Shown: piece by piece, positions 19,392 through 29,697 of the stretch
Numbering within the stretch: position 1 is the stretch's first letter
How the letters are laid out: each line of letters begins with the position of its first letter
Assembly (NCBI GenBank): GCA_046483985.1
Contig: JAWOCD010000042.1
Location: 1 to 38,456, forward strand
Origin: Promethearchaeia archaeon
Lineage (GTDB): Archaea; Asgardarchaeota; Lokiarchaeia; Sigyniarchaeales; SOKP01
DNA length: 38,456 nucleotides
Direction: 5' to 3'
Position numbers and translations under genes: made by a program
The notes under the pieces: generated by a model
What the model saw: the letters and a program-made list of their open reading frames with translations, nothing else
What the model was told of the DNA's origin: nothing
The model's database searches: none

Positions 19392-21459
19392 ATAATTTCA
19401 CTACCCTTCCAGATTGTGTATTTTTAATATAATTTGAACCGACAATCATTTTTCCAACGCCAACAATCTTTTCTTTAGTCTCATTTGAAATTATGACGAT
19501 CTCATTGGGTTGGAGGTTTTTATCATAGTCTAAGATGCCCGGCTTGAATAAAGTGTTTCCTCTTAAGTTATCTCCGTTAAATATAATGAGATTTTGCAAA
19601 TCTTCCAACGGTTTTAAACGTTTTGCGCCTTCTATAGAGATCTTAAATTGACCCGTGGATCTTTTGAAAATCCCTAATTCTTGATGGGTTGATGGATCGG
19701 TGAGGTGGATTTGTCGGTGTCTTTGATTAATCCTTACTTGTACTGCCTCTTGATAGAATTTTTTCCCCGTTCCTTTCCCGAACTGGTAATCCAAAATCTT
19801 TAGAATTTTTCTATTCCACTCATTTAAGAGGTAAGATTGAGTGGGCCTTTTGAGAGGAGGCTGATATCGTTGAAGGCTTTTCTTTATTGAGACCTCCAAT
19901 GAATTTAAGGATGCTTGTGTAGTGGACCTTTTTTTAATTGGAGTATACTCTATATCCCTCTCTAATTTTTGTTCAGCCTTTTTTATAATTCTTTTATATT
20001 CTCCTTCAACATGACCGATAATGGGGATTTGGGCATCATACTTTTCTAATAAATTGATCAACATATTCGCCGCTATTTGGATTTCTTCATGGTCCCAATC
20101 TCCCGTCACAGAAATATCATAAAAGGCAACAGGGTAAAGGTTTTCATATTGTCTTGGGATTGCTCCAAGCGGGGATGTCAGAATTATCTCTTGAAAAGCA
20201 TATCTATTCTCAAATTTTCGTAGAACGCGTAAAAATCTTCGATGAGATTTTGATTTTGAATAGGGCTTCTTCGCAGAACAAGGAAATAAAAGGATAATCT
20301 TCGTATATGGTTCTGGTTCAAATCTTTTTATTGTATTTTTTCGATAATATTCAAAATCGGGCCGATGGTAAGAAGATGGGCCAATACATTTGAGAACTTT
20401 GTTTTTTTGAGAAATTGGGGTTTCTTTTTCAATCCGTCCAGAGTAATCCTTATCTAATATTTTAAGCAGTGATATGGCATTCAAATTATGAAAAGTAGTT
20501 TTTTCTAAGTAATTGCGGAAATCCTCTTTTTTCAATTTTTGTTTGATTTTCTGTATATGAAACTTAGTAAATATCAAATTATGGAGATAGAGAAATAAAA
20601 TTTTATTCTTCTTCTCTATTTTTCCCTCTTTTATATTAATTAAATAATCTCGGCAAATCCTGCATGCGCACGGCAAATATTCCAATTGGTCAAAATAATA
20701 AGCTGTTTCTGTGGTTAAATATTTATTTTTAGAGGATATATACGAAAGGTAGGAGGTATCAAATAAATCTATACCCAAATATATGAGGAGCGGATAAAAT
20801 TCCGGTAAAATACGTCCGTTTGCTAAGAAAATTATATTATTATCGACTTTATTTTTCAATGTTACTATGCTTGCAATTACGCTCCGAAATTTTCTTAACT
20901 TATTAAATAAATCTTCAATTCTAACTAATTTAATTCTCTGTTCGGTTTGGATTAGTGAAATATAATGCTCTTTTAAATCGGAAAACCCAAATAATTTAAT
21001 GGTAATCCCAAAACTTAATAATGGATAGGTATTAATTATTTTTTTTACCCTCTGGGTATAGTTTTTTATCGCTTGGGATGCAAACTCCTTGGAGGGTGCT
21101 CGAGTAGGGATATTAAATGGAATCACACACAGAATATCTTTTTCAACTAAAAACGCAGATTTCTTTTCTAAAACCTTTTGAAATCTCTCTAATTTTCCGT
21201 AATGCGTATAAATACAATACTGTTCTTCAAATTTTTCCCCTAATAAGCATGAATTTAAATGCTTTTCATGAGAAATAATAAAAAAATGAGGATCATTAAA
21301 TTCCCTCAAAAAATGAAAATTATGCAACAACAAATCATTTAGATGAACGGCAATATCAGGAGTATAATTGTAAATTTTCTCCTTATTCCGTGTTTTTAGA
21401 ACTCTTCCGATTCGTGCGAATCCCGTTCGATTCTTTAAAAGTTCAAATATATAACTCAT
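19375..21459 (-). CDS. arcS: Archaeosine synthase alpha subunit (ArcS) with TGT-like and PUA domains
   Basis: ARIG, YLGIDLFD, PCACRIC, PCSAKKPYSKSKSH, TSPLGAIPR, YDISVTGDW, DYQFG, C-terminal PUA-like domain. Confidence 0.9.
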   Translation of the reverse strand: MSYIFELLKNRTGFARIGRVLKTRNKEKIYNYTPDIAVHLNDLLLHNFHFLREFNDPHFFIISHEKHLNSCLLGEKFEEQYCIYTHYGKLERFQKVLEKKSAFLVEKDILCVIPFNIPTRAPSKEFASQAIKNYTQRVKKIINTYPLLSFGITIKLFGFSDLKEHYISLIQTEQRIKLVRIEDLFNKLRKFRSVIASIVTLKNKVDNNIIFLANGRILPEFYPLLIYLGIDLFDTSYLSYISSKNKYLTTETAYYFDQLEYLPCACRICRDYLINIKEGKIEKKNKILFLYLHNLIFTKFHIQKIKQKLKKEDFRNYLEKTTFHNLNAISLLKILDKDYSGRIEKETPISQKNKVLKCIGPSSYHRPDFEYYRKNTIKRFEPEPYTKIILLFPCSAKKPYSKSKSHRRFLRVLRKFENRYAFQEIILTSPLGAIPRQYENLYPVAFYDISVTGDWDHEEIQIAANMLINLLEKYDAQIPIIGHVEGEYKRIIKKAEQKLERDIEYTPIKKRSTTQASLNSLEVSIKKSLQRYQPPLKRPTQSYLLNEWNRKILKILDYQFGKGTGKKFYQEAVQVRINQRHRQIHLTDPSTHQELGIFKRSTGQFKISIEGAKRLKPLEDLQNLIIFNGDNLRGNTLFKPGILDYDKNLQPNEIVIISNETKEKIVGVGKMIVGSNYIKNTQSGRVVKLYETVD

Positions 21460-21566
21460 TGGGGGATAGGAAATTTTAAAAGCTAAACGTTAAATTTTAA
21501 CTATATTAATGTAGTTCAGCAAGTAAATTATACTTTGCGATAAATTCTCTCTATAAGTTTTTAAAG

Positions 21567-21789
21567 TTGAACTACCACATTCTAAGGGGCGATGGATTCA
21601 TAATTCATCGAGAATCGCCGACACAGATAACTTCGGTCTTACATTCTCTCCAAACGCCAGCCCCGTAGTCCTTGGGGTTATATGATGAACTTGGTTATTG
21701 TCCATCAATTAAATTAGAGTATCATTCCTTTATAAATATATGTGCGATTCATCACCGCCCTGAAGGCGGTGCTTTCTCGCACTCTATGG
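21567..21789 (-). mobile_element. Non-autonomous IS200/IS605-family mini-element, copy 2
   Basis: Reverse-complement near-copy of 13532-13756; TTAC target (gtaa at 21790-21793); left-end hairpin CACCGCC-TTCAG-GGCGGTG; ends in TCAA. Confidence 0.85.
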
Positions 21790-21899
21790 GTAAAAACTAT
21801 TTGAATCGCTATTATTGGAAATGTCCCCTTGAAAAGTCAATAGGAGATTATTCATTTTGAGGGCTCCGTTGATTCAATTAATAATACCCGAAAAACAAT

Positions 21900-22676
21900 T
21901 CATTTGTACTTTTTAATAAAATTAACCACGACAGGGAAATATTTATCTTGAAAGGTGAACATCGTATTATGGCTAGCACCCTTAATTTCGATAAATTTTT
22001 TATTAATATTTTCTGGTAAGGTATTATAGATCTTTTTTCCCTCCTCTATCGGAACGATCCAATCCCTAGTGCCGTGGAGAATCAGCACCGGTTTATTAAT
22101 TTTTTCTATTCTCCCTATATTAGAATAAGGCTTCATCTTTTCGCGAGTTAGATCTGAGTAACCTAAGCCAAATAACCTGGTCATTATATGGTAGGTATCA
22201 GCAAAACCACTTTCGAAAATTATTCCCTTTAAATTCTCAGGATTTTTTGACCCAATTTCTGCCGCACATACGCTTCCAAGAGACCTCCCTTCCAAAAAAA
22301 GAGAAGAGTTTTCCAAGTTATGCCGATTTTTCCATTTAGTAAATTGGTTATACGCGGGATAGGCATCTTCAAGTAAGCTTAGATAGGAAGGTTCTCCGTC
22401 ACTGAATCCATAACCACGAAAATCTATAACGGCTAAATTTACTCCGATCTTAAAATATAAAGAAGAAAGATCTCTATAATCCATCGCAATTTCTCCATTT
22501 CCATGGAATAGTAAAACTGTTGGAAGCTCATAATTGTAGTGGAACAAAATCCCTCCCAATTGAATATCTTCAGCAACTTGAACCTTAAATGGTTTTATCT
22601 TCTCTCCTTCAAGGGGTTCTTTTGTTTTTCTGGGAAAAAAGACGATCCTCGAAATTCGTTCATCATCTAAGAGAAT
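21900..22676 (-). CDS. Alpha/beta hydrolase (ABHD13/17-like)
   Basis: FHGNGE, DFRGYG, GRSLG nucleophile, HGTRDWIVP, GASHN. Open frame continues upstream of the called TTG (ILLDDERISRIVFFPRK) with only ATT/ATA/ATC starts. Confidence 0.85.
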   Translation of the reverse strand: MLLDDERISRIVFFPRKTKEPLEGEKIKPFKVQVAEDIQLGGILFHYNYELPTVLLFHGNGEIAMDYRDLSSLYFKIGVNLAVIDFRGYGFSDGEPSYLSLLEDAYPAYNQFTKWKNRHNLENSSLFLEGRSLGSVCAAEIGSKNPENLKGIIFESGFADTYHIMTRLFGLGYSDLTREKMKPYSNIGRIEKINKPVLILHGTRDWIVPIEEGKKIYNTLPENINKKFIEIKGASHNTMFTFQDKYFPVVVNFIKKYK

Positions 22677-22756
22677 CTTATATCATCTCGCAAAAAGCAA
22701 GATTTAATGAATAAAAAATATTTTGCTAATTAAAAAATATTTATGGTGAATTAAAA

Positions 22757-23227
22757 ATTTCTCAAAATTTTGTTTTAAAATTTATTAGTGGCGAAGAAAC
22801 AAACGATAATAGAAGACGTGTTCATACTACCTTTGAACCTAATAATGAAAATCTTGAACCACTGCAATTCCAACTTCCGTCTTCTTACGGGGGACCAACC
22901 GATCAAAAAGATCTTAATATAGAATATACACCAGAACATTATTTTATTGCCGCCATCTCTGGGTGTTTTTTTACCACGTTTTCGGTGGTGTCTTATAATT
23001 CCGATTTCCGTTATAATTCCCTAAAGATTAAAGCGGTGGGGCAATTGGGAACATCAACGGGCAAAAAAATGATGGAAAAAATTGAACAGGATATAGAACT
23101 TAGTATCCCCTCCAAGGTGAATGAACGAAAAGCGAAAAGAATCTTGGAAATCACAGAAGAAAGATGTCCATTAGCAAAATCAGTTAAAACAAAAATCAAA
23201 AACCAATTTGAGATTTCTATAGAGTAG
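22757..23227 (+). CDS. OsmC/Ohr-family protein
   Basis: YGGP...YTPEHYFIAAISGCF (first Cys, upstream of the called GTG) and ERCPLAKSV (second Cys); ATT start at 22757, 7 nt after GGTGA. Confidence 0.8.
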   Translation: MSQNFVLKFISGEETNDNRRRVHTTFEPNNENLEPLQFQLPSSYGGPTDQKDLNIEYTPEHYFIAAISGCFFTTFSVVSYNSDFRYNSLKIKAVGQLGTSTGKKMMEKIEQDIELSIPSKVNERKAKRILEITEERCPLAKSVKTKIKNQFEISIE

Positions 23228-23264
23228 AACCATAAAAAAAAAAAAAGATGGTTACGGCTTATAT

Positions 23265-23669
23265 TTATAATGAGAGGCCAATAATGGTTACTCCAAATAG
23301 GAACTCAATAATCAATATTACTATAACATATAATATAATAGCAACGATTGATACTATGATTGCCCCTCCAAAGGTTCTTGTGTGTCTTGCGTAGATTACC
23401 AACCATATGATAAATATTGTAACTAATAAATGCAGCCATCCTCCTATGAATAGTCCTATAATTGCAATTAAAATCACGATGATTAATGATGTAACAAATA
23501 CTTGACCAAATCCTTCTTCACCGTGCTTAGAACTGACAAATTTTAGGGCCAATAGTATGAAAATGGTCATGACCACAAGCATTATAAGATAAGTTATAAA
23601 AAACCATACGGCGCTTTCTAAGGTTGCAAATTGACTCCCCCAATCATCTTTTACTAATTGAAAAATCAT
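23265..23669 (-). CDS. Small multi-pass membrane protein
   Basis: About four hydrophobic segments; AGGTGG upstream. Confidence 0.75.
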   Translation of the reverse strand: MIFQLVKDDWGSQFATLESAVWFFITYLIMLVVMTIFILLALKFVSSKHGEEGFGQVFVTSLIIVILIAIIGLFIGGWLHLLVTIFIIWLVIYARHTRTFGGAIIVSIVAIILYVIVILIIEFLFGVTIIGLSL

Positions 23670-23776
23670 TTATATTACCACCTACTTTTTATGATTATCA
23701 TTTTGTATATAAATCTAGCATCTTTACTTTAAAAATCGTTAATCATAAATGTGAATAACATGAAACTCAAGTCACT

Positions 23777-24742
23777 CTATAGTATATCCTTTTTACTTTT
23801 AAAATCGGTAAAGTTAGTATAGGGGATATGCTCGTTTAAAATAAATGTACTAAACGTATCTTCAATGTGATAGGTTTTATAGAGTTTTCCTAAAAATGAG
23901 TTATAATCTTTAATTTTTTTTATTCTCACAATGGCAAATAATCCATCCCCAATTCTAAAGAGATCGGTGATATTTTTATTTTGTTCAAGTTTAATAGCTA
24001 AGACATTGTATTCGCCGGGATCCTTCGGTTTTATCTGGAGAGAATATTTTCCCTTAAACCCTACCTTAGATGGACAGAAGTTAATGCAATAGTTCAAAAT
24101 TACATCATTTTGCTCCAGATTTTTGATTCTATTATAGATAGTTGACTGAGAAATTTTAATTTGGTATTCTTTTGCCAAAATATCTTTTAAATCATAAGTT
24201 GATAGTAACTTTTTTTCTTGTTGGGATTTTAGAATCTTCAAAAGTAAAAAGTCGATATCATCTAATTCATCTTTTGGTTCAATAGTATTGGGGGAAAGTC
24301 GAATTCCGTTTATTTTATAGATATTAATCGGTTCAATGATCCGATATTTTTTAAAGTAAGACTTCCCCATAATTTTATCCACAATCTTTAGAGTTTCCTT
24401 AAATTGGAATACATCTTTGAAAGCAAAGATGGCTAAAAGGGAATATTCGCCTAGTAAACCGTCTAAAACCGTCAATTGAGGGATATTCTGGAGAGAATCC
24501 ATGAGTTTTGGTTCATTTGGATTCGTTTTTATCTCCATTATGACATATTTCAAATATAGAGGATGAATATTAATCGTATAGTTATTAATTATTTTATCCT
24601 CACGTAGCTGGTCTAATCTGGAGTTTAAAGTTTTTCTAGATATATTTAATTCATCAGAAATCTTAGAAAAGTTTGGTTTAGTCTTATTTGATAAAGCTCT
24701 TATAAGTGTGAGTTTCTCATCCTGAGATATATTATATTTCAT
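23777..24742 (-). CDS. Tandem-duplicated Lrp/AsnC-family transcriptional regulator
   Basis: Two wHTH+RAM-like units (ISRKTLNSRLDQL...IINNYTI; ISQSTIYNRIKNLE...ILNYCI); divergent from ahcY. Confidence 0.8.
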   Translation of the reverse strand: MKYNISQDEKLTLIRALSNKTKPNFSKISDELNISRKTLNSRLDQLREDKIINNYTINIHPLYLKYVIMEIKTNPNEPKLMDSLQNIPQLTVLDGLLGEYSLLAIFAFKDVFQFKETLKIVDKIMGKSYFKKYRIIEPINIYKINGIRLSPNTIEPKDELDDIDFLLLKILKSQQEKKLLSTYDLKDILAKEYQIKISQSTIYNRIKNLEQNDVILNYCINFCPSKVGFKGKYSLQIKPKDPGEYNVLAIKLEQNKNITDLFRIGDGLFAIVRIKKIKDYNSFLGKLYKTYHIEDTFSTFILNEHIPYTNFTDFKSKKDIL

Positions 24743-24885
24743 TTTCCGAAATCATTTTTAGTTAATTATTTGTGTATTTATTTTATATTATATTTTACAA
24801 ATAATGAAAATTAGATTTAAATTTTACTTAAAATTAAAATTAATACCGAACAAATGAAATAAAAATTATGTATTAGTGAGAAAAA

Positions 24886-26154
24886 ATGGTTGACTATAAA
24901 ATAGCTGATGAGTCATTAGCCGAAAAGGGGAAAGAAGCTCTTTATATTGCAAATAATAAGATGCCTGTTACATCTGAGGTAATCCGGTCTCGTTTTGGCG
25001 AGGAAAAACCTTTAGAAGGGATTATTGTTGCTGGATGTTTACATATTACCAAAGAAACTGGAAATCTCGCCAGAACACTAAAAGCTGGTGGAGCTGATGT
25101 ATATTTATGTGGAAGTAATCCTCTTTCTACTCAAGATGATGTTGCAGCAGCGTTAGTTAAGGAAGGAATAAATGTATTTTCATGGCATGGAAATACTACC
25201 GAAGAATTTTATTGGTGTATTCGTCAATGCTTGAAAGCAGAACCAAATATACTTATAGATGATGGGGGCGATATGATTGTGACAGCACATGAGGAATTCC
25301 CTGACCTTATTGAAGGAGGTACTATTTTAGGTACTCAAGAGGAAACTACCACTGGTGTGAAACGATTTAGAGCAATGGCTGAGAAGGGAGTCTTAAAGGT
25401 GCCGCTTTTTCCAGTTAATGATGCCAGATGTAAAAATCAGTTTGATAATGAATTAGGTACAGGTCAAGGCATTATTTCTGTTTTTAATGGGATGCATATT
25501 CTTTTTGCAGGGAAAAAAATAGTTATTGCTGGATACGGCCATTGCTCATCCGGTATGGCGCTGCGGGCACGAGGATTAGGAGCCCATGTGATAGTCACGG
25601 AAATTGATCCTATAAAAGCGTTAAAAGCTCGGTTTGCAGGGTATGAAGTGAAACCAATTCGGGAAACTTTACCTAGCGCGGACGTGATTTTAACAGCAAC
25701 TGGATGTAAACATGTAATCCCTCCTGACGAAGACATATTTGACCAGATGAAAGATGGTGTTATTCTGGGTAATCTTGGCCATTTTGATATTGAAATCCCC
25801 ACCAAGGAGTTATATCAATACGCAGAAGAAATTAATCCCGTTCGAAAAGATGTAGAGGAACTTGTATTTCCAACGGGTAAAAAAGCCTATCTCTTAGCAA
25901 AAGGACGCCTTGCGAATCTAGTTTTGTCAGAAGGACATCCCAGTGAAGTGATGGACATGTCTTTTGCCCTTCAATCCCTGATGTCGGAGTATATTGTTAA
26001 AAATAAGGGAGATTTTGAGCCAGGAATTATAGAAGTCCCTAAAGAAATTGACGATAAAGTTGGTTATCTGAAATTAAAATCAATGGATATTGAAATTGAT
26101 GAGTTAACCGAAGAACAATATAATTATATTCACGGCTATGAAGAAGGAACCTAA
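24886..26154 (+). CDS. ahcY: S-adenosylhomocysteine hydrolase
   Basis: GCLHITKET, SNPLSTQDD, DDGGD, EETTTG, VNDA..K, GHFDIEI, GRLANL, GHPSEVMD. Confidence 0.97.
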   Translation: MVDYKIADESLAEKGKEALYIANNKMPVTSEVIRSRFGEEKPLEGIIVAGCLHITKETGNLARTLKAGGADVYLCGSNPLSTQDDVAAALVKEGINVFSWHGNTTEEFYWCIRQCLKAEPNILIDDGGDMIVTAHEEFPDLIEGGTILGTQEETTTGVKRFRAMAEKGVLKVPLFPVNDARCKNQFDNELGTGQGIISVFNGMHILFAGKKIVIAGYGHCSSGMALRARGLGAHVIVTEIDPIKALKARFAGYEVKPIRETLPSADVILTATGCKHVIPPDEDIFDQMKDGVILGNLGHFDIEIPTKELYQYAEEINPVRKDVEELVFPTGKKAYLLAKGRLANLVLSEGHPSEVMDMSFALQSLMSEYIVKNKGDFEPGIIEVPKEIDDKVGYLKLKSMDIEIDELTEEQYNYIHGYEEGT

Positions 26155-26225
26155 TTTTTTTTTATCCTTTATCTGATTTAAATCCACAATTACTTTCTTT
26201 ATATTTTTGTCTGCTGATACTCTGA

Positions 26226-26600
26226 TTATCTTGCTTCTATCAGCTTATTCCGCTTCCAATGAAACCAAAGATCTGCTAGCAATTGGATTGTCCCAGGGAT
26301 GAGTGCAAAATAAGCTCCCAAAATAATGTATATTATTGATATCACAATATACCAGATAAGCGCACTTCTTAGAAATGATGTTATTGGGTCCATACTAAGC
26401 ATTGGATATAAAAGAATGATGCTAAGAATATTTATCACAATTATTATATATGTTGAGACCGTAGCATTGAATCTAAAGCTCTCGGGAAACTGGATATTCC
26501 ATATAATTGCTAAAATTATCGCCACAATATTACAGAGGAGAATCCATATCATAAACATGGGTATAAAGGTTTTAGGAGCATCCTTCCTTTTAAGTGACAT
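26226..26600 (-). CDS. Hypothetical membrane protein
   Basis: Three to four hydrophobic segments; ATG start. Confidence 0.65.
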   Translation of the reverse strand: MSLKRKDAPKTFIPMFMIWILLCNIVAIILAIIWNIQFPESFRFNATVSTYIIIVINILSIILLYPMLSMDPITSFLRSALIWYIVISIIYIILGAYFALIPGTIQLLADLWFHWKRNKLIEAR

Positions 26601-26699
26601 AGGATGATGAATGAGATTTTTCTAAAAAAAACTTGATATTATAATTTATATATATGTTTATATTTCTTCGTTTGGTACCAGTTAGAACGAAGATGGCCA

Positions 26700-26795
26700 A
26701 TGCCCGAGAATGAAGAAATTCAGCCAAATACCTACCAGTTCATTCTGATCTGTTTAGTTTTTGGCTCCTGGTTCGCAATTGATATAATCATTTAA
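26700..26795 (+). CDS. Possible 31-aa single-TM small protein (not in the ORF track)
   Basis: MPENEEIQPNTYQFILICLVFGSWFAIDIII*; TATA-like TTTATATA near 26645. Confidence 0.3.
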   Translation: MPENEEIQPNTYQFILICLVFGSWFAIDIII

Positions 26796-26844
26796 ATGAA
26801 GTCGGGTTTCTTTGAAGCCTTGCTTTTGAGTTTTTTTTCTAATC

Positions 26845-27540
26845 TTATTGATTTCTACAGAATTTTGCGGAATCTGCTGTTTCGTCGAAATTATTGGAAT
26901 TTAAATAATCAATGATTTTCTCAAAAAACTTATTTCCTTGTGGGATGGTTATTTTTGAAGAAAAAAGTACGCTAACAAAAAGAATGCTGGAGTTAATTCT
27001 AAGAGTATCGATAAAAATCTTACGTCCATCGTCTAATTCAAAAAGGTTTTTAGTGATGTTTCCGTTTAGATCTTCTCTTTGGAATTCCAGCTGTTTTTTT
27101 ACATCTCCAAAAATTTCATGGGGTAACGAGAGATAAAGGACTTTTCGACTTTTGGTAGTGAGAGCGCCTCCTAATATCTCTGAAAGCGTTATTGCTTGCT
27201 CCAAGTTTTCGATGATTTTTTTAATTATTAAGGATAATTTATAGTCTATAACGAAATTTAGCTCTTTTTTATCCGTTTCATAAATTTCCATATTATCTAT
27301 CTCGAAGTCGTTTTTCTGATATCCACGAATTCGAAAATTTTTGTCAACAAATGCTTGAAATCCATGTTCACATATAAAACTTCTCGGAATCGAAACAGTA
27401 ACTAAATGGGATGTCTCTTTTACCAACTGTGTTGGCAAATTAATAACTTTAGAAGCTTGACATTGAGGACATACAACTTGGATTTCTTTATTTTCCTCTT
27501 TAGAGAGATTTCCTTCCAACAAGATTGGATCACATCGCAC
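26845..27540 (-). CDS. Hypothetical protein: N-terminal Cys/His zinc-binding domain plus roadblock-like C-terminal region
   Basis: CPQC...ICEHGFQAFVDKNFRIRGYQ; later ILGGALTTKSRKVLY resembles a roadblock strand-turn-strand. Confidence 0.6.
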   Translation of the reverse strand: MRCDPILLEGNLSKEENKEIQVVCPQCQASKVINLPTQLVKETSHLVTVSIPRSFICEHGFQAFVDKNFRIRGYQKNDFEIDNMEIYETDKKELNFVIDYKLSLIIKKIIENLEQAITLSEILGGALTTKSRKVLYLSLPHEIFGDVKKQLEFQREDLNGNITKNLFELDDGRKIFIDTLRINSSILFVSVLFSSKITIPQGNKFFEKIIDYLNSNNFDETADSAKFCRNQ

Positions 27541-27645
27541 TAGGTAATTGATAAAATAAAATTATGAGATCCTTTATATTGTTAACCCTTAATATTTATT
27601 AAAAGTAAAATCTTCCCTTAGTAAACTAAAAATAGAAGTATTAGA

Positions 27646-28695
27646 TTAATTTTTATTAGGATTCAGTATTTTTTCTGCGGTGAAATCCCCATAGATCTCT
27701 TTTGCAAGGTTTCTTAAGCCTTCTATTCCGAGCGGTTCTGTTTTTAACCGATTGGATCTCCATATCTCAAGATTTTCAAACTCGTTTTCAATGTCTTTTG
27801 TATATTTTAATTGATTTGAGCGAAGAGAATGACAGAAATCACATTCGGCGCTGGCAGAGTCTGGAATAAGCATATTAATATGGACGCCCTCAAGGTCGAT
27901 ATACTTTTTGGTTAAATCTCTTGCACGTTTTATCTCTTCAAAGCTTGGCTTTTCCGCAATAGTTACCAATCGCAGTGATCCTTTTTCCTTAATTAATTCT
28001 GTAATCCTCTCCCCCCGTTCCTCTAATTGCTTAAGCATTTCCAATATCTCCTCCGCTAATGCCTTTCTTTCCTCTTTGTTTCCGAATGGTTTGATGATTT
28101 TCGTGGCAATCTTGGTTACTCCACGAATAGTCCCCTTGATAGAATTATAGACGTTGAGGGAATACTTCAATAATACCTTTACCGTATCTTCTGGAATCTC
28201 AAACAGAGCCACCATATTTCCAGTGGGAGGAAAATCCGCAACAATGATATCAAAATCAATTCCATCTGCGGTTTTATCCCGATAAATCGAGTCCTCAGCG
28301 TCTAATATTTTTTGAAAAAACATTGAATTTTTTAGGGCAATGGGAATGGAATCGGCATTGAAAGTTTTATCAATAAATTCCTTGATTTGCGGTAAATTCC
28401 CGATTACCGGCATCTTTTTCATAAGTTCTCTCATCTTTCCTGCAAACTCTGCCGTATATTGTTCGGCATATTTATTGGGATCGGGTTCTATCCCCCAAAG
28501 ATTCGATTTTAATTTGGTCAGCTTATCGCCAATCGGTTGTTCAAACATATCGCTAAGGTTATGAGCCATGTCAAAAGAAATTAATAAAATCTTTTTATCC
28601 GGTAGCAAATCGGAGATCGCTACTGCTGTAGCCGCGCTGATTGTACTTTTTCCTACACCGCCTTTTCCGCCAAGTACTAAGATCTTCTCTATCAT
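27646..28695 (-). CDS. ArsA/Get3-family ATPase
   Basis: Deviant Walker A GGKGGVGKST, DMAHNLSD, DFPPTG (DTAPTG equivalent), C-terminal CDFC. Confidence 0.88.
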   Translation of the reverse strand: MIEKILVLGGKGGVGKSTISAATAVAISDLLPDKKILLISFDMAHNLSDMFEQPIGDKLTKLKSNLWGIEPDPNKYAEQYTAEFAGKMRELMKKMPVIGNLPQIKEFIDKTFNADSIPIALKNSMFFQKILDAEDSIYRDKTADGIDFDIIVADFPPTGNMVALFEIPEDTVKVLLKYSLNVYNSIKGTIRGVTKIATKIIKPFGNKEERKALAEEILEMLKQLEERGERITELIKEKGSLRLVTIAEKPSFEEIKRARDLTKKYIDLEGVHINMLIPDSASAECDFCHSLRSNQLKYTKDIENEFENLEIWRSNRLKTEPLGIEGLRNLAKEIYGDFTAEKILNPNKN

Positions 28696-29697
28696 TTTTA
28701 CCTTATCATTCTGAGAAACTATTTCCTCATATATTGCGTAATAAGAAAAAATTATTCTCTCATAAAAAATTAATCCATAAGTTTCAGAGTATTAATATGT
28801 TTAATCTCTCTCTACAATTTCGTGAGACATAGAGATTTTAATCCTTCCTATTTGTCAATTCATACTCTATGGGTATTATAATTTATCTTAAATTTCTCAA
28901 AAAGAGATTGAATTTGGAGAAACTCTTTTTCTTTTATCAGTATTGATCCTCTACTTAATTTTATGCCTTTAATCTTCGCTAATTGGTATATCCAAGGTCT
29001 TTTCTAAATCGAGAAAGAGATCAAATTAGAAATACCGGTTGTTTTCTGGAAAAAGCTAAAAATCCAAAGAGGATAATTGAGTCGATCTCAGAAAATGTGA
29101 CCGTTCTTTTGGATAAATCTATCTATCTCGCTTAAAGTCTGATTATAATGTCTTAAAGGAATTGAATTCTCTTCATTATATGCATCTTGTTTAAATTTCT
29201 CGTATAATTTTTGGTGATTTATAATGAATTCTCAAGTTGTTTGTTAGAAAAAGGATTCTCGGGAAAGAAAATAATGCGAATAGATGCCGAGTTTTTTGAC
29301 TGTCTTTTGATATACACGAATATTCGTCCAAAAGGAGTGGTCATTTTAAGTTTTATCATATCTCTTTCCTTTTGAGAGGTTATTTTTTCGATGATCGCGT
29401 TATTCCAATATTTATTCATCAGTTATCTTATGTAATGTATCTTTAAAAAGGGCAATAATATGGACGTATGATGACTAACTCGTTTTAATATTATAATCTC
29501 AATACACCTTACAAAAAATTTAATTGGATGTAGAATTTTTATTACATAGTTATTAATTAAAAATTAATTAAAATAAAAGTTTATACATTATTCAAATTTT
29601 AACATTACTGTACTAGTTTAAGCTTATCTTACTAACCAAGTACCACTATAGCAAGAATAAGCATGAAATTTGACTCAAGAAATTGAAACATTTATAG

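Noticed and set aside
26709-26748. Possible C/D box sRNA (ATGAAGA...CTGA)
   Set aside because: Imperfect C box, spacing too short and no internal D'/C' boxes.
28800-29460. Possible decayed gene including ORF 29219-29419
   Set aside because: Only short fragments in shifting frames with no recognisable family; cannot be supported.
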